A stretch of DNA of 64,000 bases from Epithemia pelagica. Its lineage: Eukaryota > Protista > Bacillariophyta. How positions within the stretch are numbered: position 1 is the stretch's first letter; each line of letters begins with the position of its first letter. Below, in pieces: positions 59,698 to 64,000 of this stretch. The position numbers were made by a program, and so were the translations under genes. Location: positions 62,001-126,000 of the forward strand of contig OX337230.1 in assembly GCA_946965045.2 (NCBI GenBank), written 5' to 3'. The notes beneath the pieces are model-generated. The model did no database searches and was not told the DNA's origin. It worked only from the letters and a program-made list of their open reading frames with translations.

Positions 59698-62600
59698 TCT
59701 TGTCGTCTTTTAGTTTGAAGACCGCCTGAACGCCCTTTAAAACCTTCTTTGAATCGTGTGACAACGCCAATAGGTCGTCAACATAACATAGGACGTATTC
59801 ATAGTACTTGAAACCGTCTGGTTTCACAGCTGGTCTCATCCAAAAATCAGGGTCGGCCTTTGACGGTTTGAACCCAATGTCGTACAATGTTTCGGCCAAA
59901 TGTGCACGGAACGCGGCCCCACTGGACTTGAGCCCGTACAAGGCCTTCTTGATAATCATAATCGTCCCCTCTTCCGATCCCAGCTCTGGCCCAGCCCTGA
60001 ACCAAATCTTCTCACGGCAATCCGCCGTTAGGTAGGCGTTCTGGATGTCACAAGCCGATATATTTAGGTCATTCAATGCGGCAATGAGGAGGGCAATCCT
60101 AACCGAATCACGGGAAACCACGGAAGAGTATGTCAGGGATGCCGGGGTCTCGGTGAGGTGTCCCCCGGCGACAAACCTTGCCTTGCGACGGAAATTCTCC
60201 CCCATCTTGACGTCAAAGACAATGTGACATCGTATTTGCTGGTAACCAATGGGGATTTCCGACTCAGACTTCTCCCACGCTTGGAAGCCAGGGCGCACAT
60301 TACGCATTTCCTTGCAGATTGCATCCCACCAGAGTGTGTTACCATTTTTTCTATCGAGTTCCTTTGCCTCCTCAACGGATTTGGGGATTTGTATGCCGAA
60401 CTTGTGCGTTCGGAGCCAGTATTTGGACTTGAGTTTGGAAATAATTCGGTTGCGTTTCTTCAACACCTTTGGAACCCACCAGGCAAATGCCGGTTCCATG
60501 GAGATGCGGGCGGCGACGGCATATTCGGAGACTTGTACTGGGTACGACTCCTTCAGGTCTTTGAGCGTGATCCAATTCGTGGATCCGTCCTTCCACTGGA
60601 CTAGAAGCTCCCAACCGATGGTCGTTTCCCTGCGTCGCTTGTTTCCATTTCGCATCGTGACGAAAGCATCTTGTTGTGTCACGGCTTTACTGTTTTTCCT
60701 GTGGTCAATGATTTCGTCCAAGAGGACTTGTCGGTTCCCGTCGTCGTCGACCTGGGAGAAAAGGTTCTCTGCGATGTAATTTGCAGCGAGAGCGGTCTTG
60801 GTACCGTCTCTAAATTCAACCTCGTACATACGTGTGTCGAGGATGGGGTTGTCGTGTGCCGTTCCAATTGGGAGGCCGTCCTTGTCACGCAACCGTTTTG
60901 TTACTTTGGCTAACATCGGGAAGTCCTCATCCTGTTTAGGTAAGGCAACTTCCATGTTAACATAAGTGTCGTCAAAAACTTCCGGGGTAAATTCGTCGTC
61001 TGCCTCCTTGACCTCATCATTGCTGACCACATCGTAGAATTCAGCGTGAAAATCAGGGTCGTGTTCGAGGGGCGGGAGGTCCCAATCAGTAGGATGGGTT
61101 TTGCCTCCGTCGACGAGGAAGTGTGCAGAATCGTGAAGCTTGTCACGGATAAAGGTGTCGAATTCTGTGCAACGATGTTGAACACCAGTTTCTTGCAATT
61201 CCAGATTGGTCACCCTGGTGACAGTTGTACGGGAGACAACGCGTCCAGTGTCAGTCAGAATCCAATAGGACATAAGGCTTCCTACTCGGTGAGAGACACC
61301 AAGCCATCGTCCGAGACGAGTGGCACCCAAACCGGCGTTGTCGTTATACCAACACCAATCGTAAAAAGTAAAATCCAAATATTCGGATATGTCTGGCGTT
61401 TCGCCTGTCACTCGTTCTAGACTTGTGCGACCGTCGAGGTCGCCAGATTGCCGCGCAGTCCGCTGCATCGTTTCGCATACCCAGCGTATGCCATAGTCCC
61501 ATAGGCGACGTGGAACACGTTGTTTGTGCATGACGCGGAACCACCGTTTGCGAATCTCGCGAATTACGCCTTCCACTTTGGACTGGTTGTGACGATAGGG
61601 TTCAGTCACTTGGAGATCAATCGCATGCTTTCGGACTTGCTCGCGGAAAGTCGTGCGTTTCCCAGTTTGTTCTTTTGAGCCGTCACACAAGAGTGTATCC
61701 GGGACTCCAAAATCAGAAATGAACTGTTGGAGTCCGGCACCAGCATCACTTTTCTTTTCCATCGGGTATGCTGCGGCGAAAAAATCTTTGTTCGCAAATA
61801 TTTGAGCGTGGCAGTTACCATCTAGAGATTTATACTGCCCGTCCATGGTGTCGGTAAAAACGACGTCTTTCAGTCGGGGTCGTTCAAACATGCGGTCTGC
61901 CCGATAACGTCGTGACAAAGGCAAGATGGCAGAGCGGACCATTCGTTGGGTTGTCGCGGCCAACGTTTTCTTGGCCTGTTCCAAACCAATGAACCATCGT
62001 TCACTGAGAGACTGAGCGGTCACTGTACCGCGTCGCTCGTTGGAAATAAAGGTGCGCTCAGATGGGATATCCAAGCGAGGGAGGAATTCAGGTTTAACTT
62101 CATGGTCTGCAATCTGCACACTGGCAATCAAACGAGAAGTCAGTTGGTTCGGTTCATAAATCGTCCCCTGAAAGATGGGCTCAGACGATACAACGGAAAT
62201 ACCAACCGTATCTGCAGGTTGGTTCCGCGGGAATATGTCCTGATGCGGTTCCCAGTTGTGGTGGGAAGATAGATGGATGTGAGGCAACTGCTCCAGCTCC
62301 CGCTGTGATGGCACCCGAGTATCGAAATAAATGATGGTGCCCTGAGTGTGGAACGGGATGACCACGTCTTCGTGGTAAATACCCATTGGGTCTTTGGAAT
62401 ATGGGTTGTCCATGACATCGATGCCATTTGCCCTCACTTGATTGGGGTTGACCAGGGAATGCTTCATCTGGTCCCCCATCCACAATGCTTCATTGAAAAT
62501 GAGAATAAATTCTTGCCCGTCGGACTGTCGTGTCCATAAGGTGGCTCCGGTGACGACAGGTACGTGCTTAATGGCATCGTATGCTTCAGTGTATGGGGAC

Positions 62601-62836
62601 ACGTCGCATTCTTTTCCCGTATATGCCAAGACGGTACAATTTGCGCCAAGAACGATAGTATCGGCATGGGTGTCAAGCTCGACGCGCCCTGTCTCACCGA
62701 CGACGTTGGTTCTCTTGATGCACGATTTGGAAGAGGACACTGTGCTGCGTGCACTTGATATCAATCTGCATATTGACCGTTGTCTCCCTACTTGCATATA
62801 ATTCCTCTTAAGCAATCGTTCACAGAGTAAACTCAC
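59627..62836 (-). CDS. pol: Copia pol (protease, integrase, RT), truncated by a frameshift
   Basis: ELDTHADT; integrase FTD...CDG..E (EPYRHNQSKVE); RT KARFVAGG, DIQNAYL, KALYGLKSSG, YVDDLL. Confidence 0.92.
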   Translation of the reverse strand: MSLLCERLLKRNYMQVGRQRSICRLISSARSTVSSSKSCIKRTNVVGETGRVELDTHADTIVLGANCTVLAYTGKECDVSPYTEAYDAIKHVPVVTGATLWTRQSDGQEFILIFNEALWMGDQMKHSLVNPNQVRANGIDVMDNPYSKDPMGIYHEDVVIPFHTQGTIIYFDTRVPSQRELEQLPHIHLSSHHNWEPHQDIFPRNQPADTVGISVVSSEPIFQGTIYEPNQLTSRLIASVQIADHEVKPEFLPRLDIPSERTFISNERRGTVTAQSLSERWFIGLEQAKKTLAATTQRMVRSAILPLSRRYRADRMFERPRLKDVVFTDTMDGQYKSLDGNCHAQIFANKDFFAAAYPMEKKSDAGAGLQQFISDFGVPDTLLCDGSKEQTGKRTTFREQVRKHAIDLQVTEPYRHNQSKVEGVIREIRKRWFRVMHKQRVPRRLWDYGIRWVCETMQRTARQSGDLDGRTSLERVTGETPDISEYLDFTFYDWCWYNDNAGLGATRLGRWLGVSHRVGSLMSYWILTDTGRVVSRTTVTRVTNLELQETGVQHRCTEFDTFIRDKLHDSAHFLVDGGKTHPTDWDLPPLEHDPDFHAEFYDVVSNDEVKEADDEFTPEVFDDTYVNMEVALPKQDEDFPMLAKVTKRLRDKDGLPIGTAHDNPILDTRMYEVEFRDGTKTALAANYIAENLFSQVDDDGNRQVLLDEIIDHRKNSKAVTQQDAFVTMRNGNKRRRETTIGWELLVQWKDGSTNWITLKDLKESYPVQVSEYAVAARISMEPAFAWWVPKVLKKRNRIISKLKSKYWLRTHKFGIQIPKSVEEAKELDRKNGNTLWWDAICKEMRNVRPGFQAWEKSESEIPIGYQQIRCHIVFDVKMGENFRRKARFVAGGHLTETPASLTYSSVVSRDSVRIALLIAALNDLNISACDIQNAYLTADCREKIWFRAGPELGSEEGTIMIIKKALYGLKSSGAAFRAHLAETLYDIGFKPSKADPDFWMRPAVKPDGFKYYEYVLCYVDDLLALSHDSKKVLKGVQAVFKLKDDKIEPPEMYLGAELGTMSMVRSCRY

Positions 62837-62875
62837 GATTTTAGAATAGAGGATAACAAATAGGGAGGGTAACCA

Positions 62876-64000
62876 TCAGCTGTTCTTAGCTCTGGCTCTC
62901 TCATTTCGCCCGCCGAATTTGTTTCCGGCATCATCAGGCACTGGATCTTCTTGATCCTTGTTCGTTGCATCACTGGCTACAGGGATCAAATTCGTAGTGA
63001 TCTCTGCGACTTGCCGTTTGACCTCAGAGAGGAGAGTATCAGCAATGGAGGATACCTCCGATGCTTTGCGTTTGTTTCCAGATTTCTGCTTTTTCTTGCG
63101 TTCATCGATGACCTTTTGTTTGTCGTCGTCGGGGAGATCCTTCCAATTCTTGTAGAATCCCGTGAAGATCGAGCCATCAGGCATGGTAACGCCGCTCTTT
63201 GGTGCCTTTGCACCACGTTGAGGAGTGCTGAACTTGTTGTTGTTGTTTCCTCCGCCACGAATACGTTGGGCCGCGGATACCTTGCGTGCCAGTTGATACT
63301 CCGGCATTTCGCTCACAGCTGCAGCAATATGATTGGCCGCCTATGTGTATGTCAGTCCGTCCATGTCGAACCGGACTTTGAGTGCTTTGACGGTGTCTTG
63401 TAGCTGTGGGTGCTGGACCCTTTTAAACAGCTCTCGAATTTTCGCCGCGTCCGTATACGCTTCCCCCTCGTCTGCATAGATGTTGAACATCTTTTGCAGA
63501 CGATCCAGGAACGTGGTGAAGGGAAGAGAGCGTTCCGATTTGTAATGAAGACTTTCGCGCATGCGATCGGCCGTTGCAATACGGCGACTGGCATTACCTT
63601 CTCCAGCGTAGTGATTGCGAAGAGCGGCCATGTCACGTCGACCATCGGCATAGCGAGTCAAATGCTTGATCCATTGTTCAGCAGTTTCTGAGACTAGGAA
63701 ATTCTTGAGAAGTTGATGGACTTTTCGTGCGTCGGTGCGAAAATGCGTGCCTTGTAGAGGGGCACAAGCAACCATTGTTGCATTGAAGTCGTCTCCAAAA
63801 GTGCCGTTGTGGTCGGGCTGTTCATTCTCACGGACAACGTAGGACAGCGGAACGCCATTAACACCCGGTATGGTGCTTAGATAGTTGACAAACGCGGGCT
63901 CCCAATCGGGCCACTTCCGTTCGTCCTTGAATTTTCCCGGATCGGCAGCCTTGCTAACCGTATCCGCCTGGTCGGCTTCGACCTTGCGAGTCTCGGAGCG
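62876..64000 (-). pseudogene. gag: Copia gag, interrupted by an in-frame TAG at 63341-63343
   Basis: The open frame from the window edge (KWPDWEPAFVNYLSTIPGVNGVPLSYVVR) reads DGLTYT*AANHIAAAVSEMPEYQ and continues in the same frame. Confidence 0.85.

Larger units (their letters stand above)
58533..64000 (-). mobile_element. Ty1/Copia (diatom CoDi-type) LTR retrotransposon; 5' part beyond the window; degenerate
   Basis: Copia domain order on the minus strand: gag, protease (ELDTHADT), integrase, RT (YVDD), RNase H. Confidence 0.96.

Noticed and set aside
63341-63343. Programmed stop read-through in gag
   Set aside because: The TAG lies mid-gag rather than at the gag-pol junction, so a nonsense mutation is simpler.

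Overview
Eukaryotic, intron-containing DNA (GT-AG introns of about 80-200 nt, many with GTACGT/GTAAGT donors, and abundant AAC/ACC microsatellite-coded low complexity). It is most consistent with a pennate diatom; the species cannot be determined from sequence alone. Genes: three paralogous bare kelch proteins plus kelch relics; a secreted Pro-Thr-repeat/vWA protein; a probable plastid protein; SUV3 helicase; presenilin; a bacterial-type S8 protease carrying three lesions; two TM-sensor-TM/class III cyclase/PDE fusion genes flanking an LtrA-like membrane protein; a DUF4239-like protein; a HIG1-like protein; and a cyclophilin. The right end is a mobile-element nest with a 936-codon TE-like ORF and a degenerate Ty1/Copia (CoDi-type) LTR retrotransposon running off the window. 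Most striking observations: (1) about 146 bp of tubulin-folding cofactor D-like coding sequence is inserted exactly at the splice acceptor of a 26-nt micro-exon of one cyclase-PDE gene; (2) an unannotated small gene is duplicated in inverted orientation 50 kb apart, with a core showing only synonymous differences; (3) accessory genes carry many inactivating lesions while core genes are intact. No rRNA, tRNA or CRISPR array was seen.
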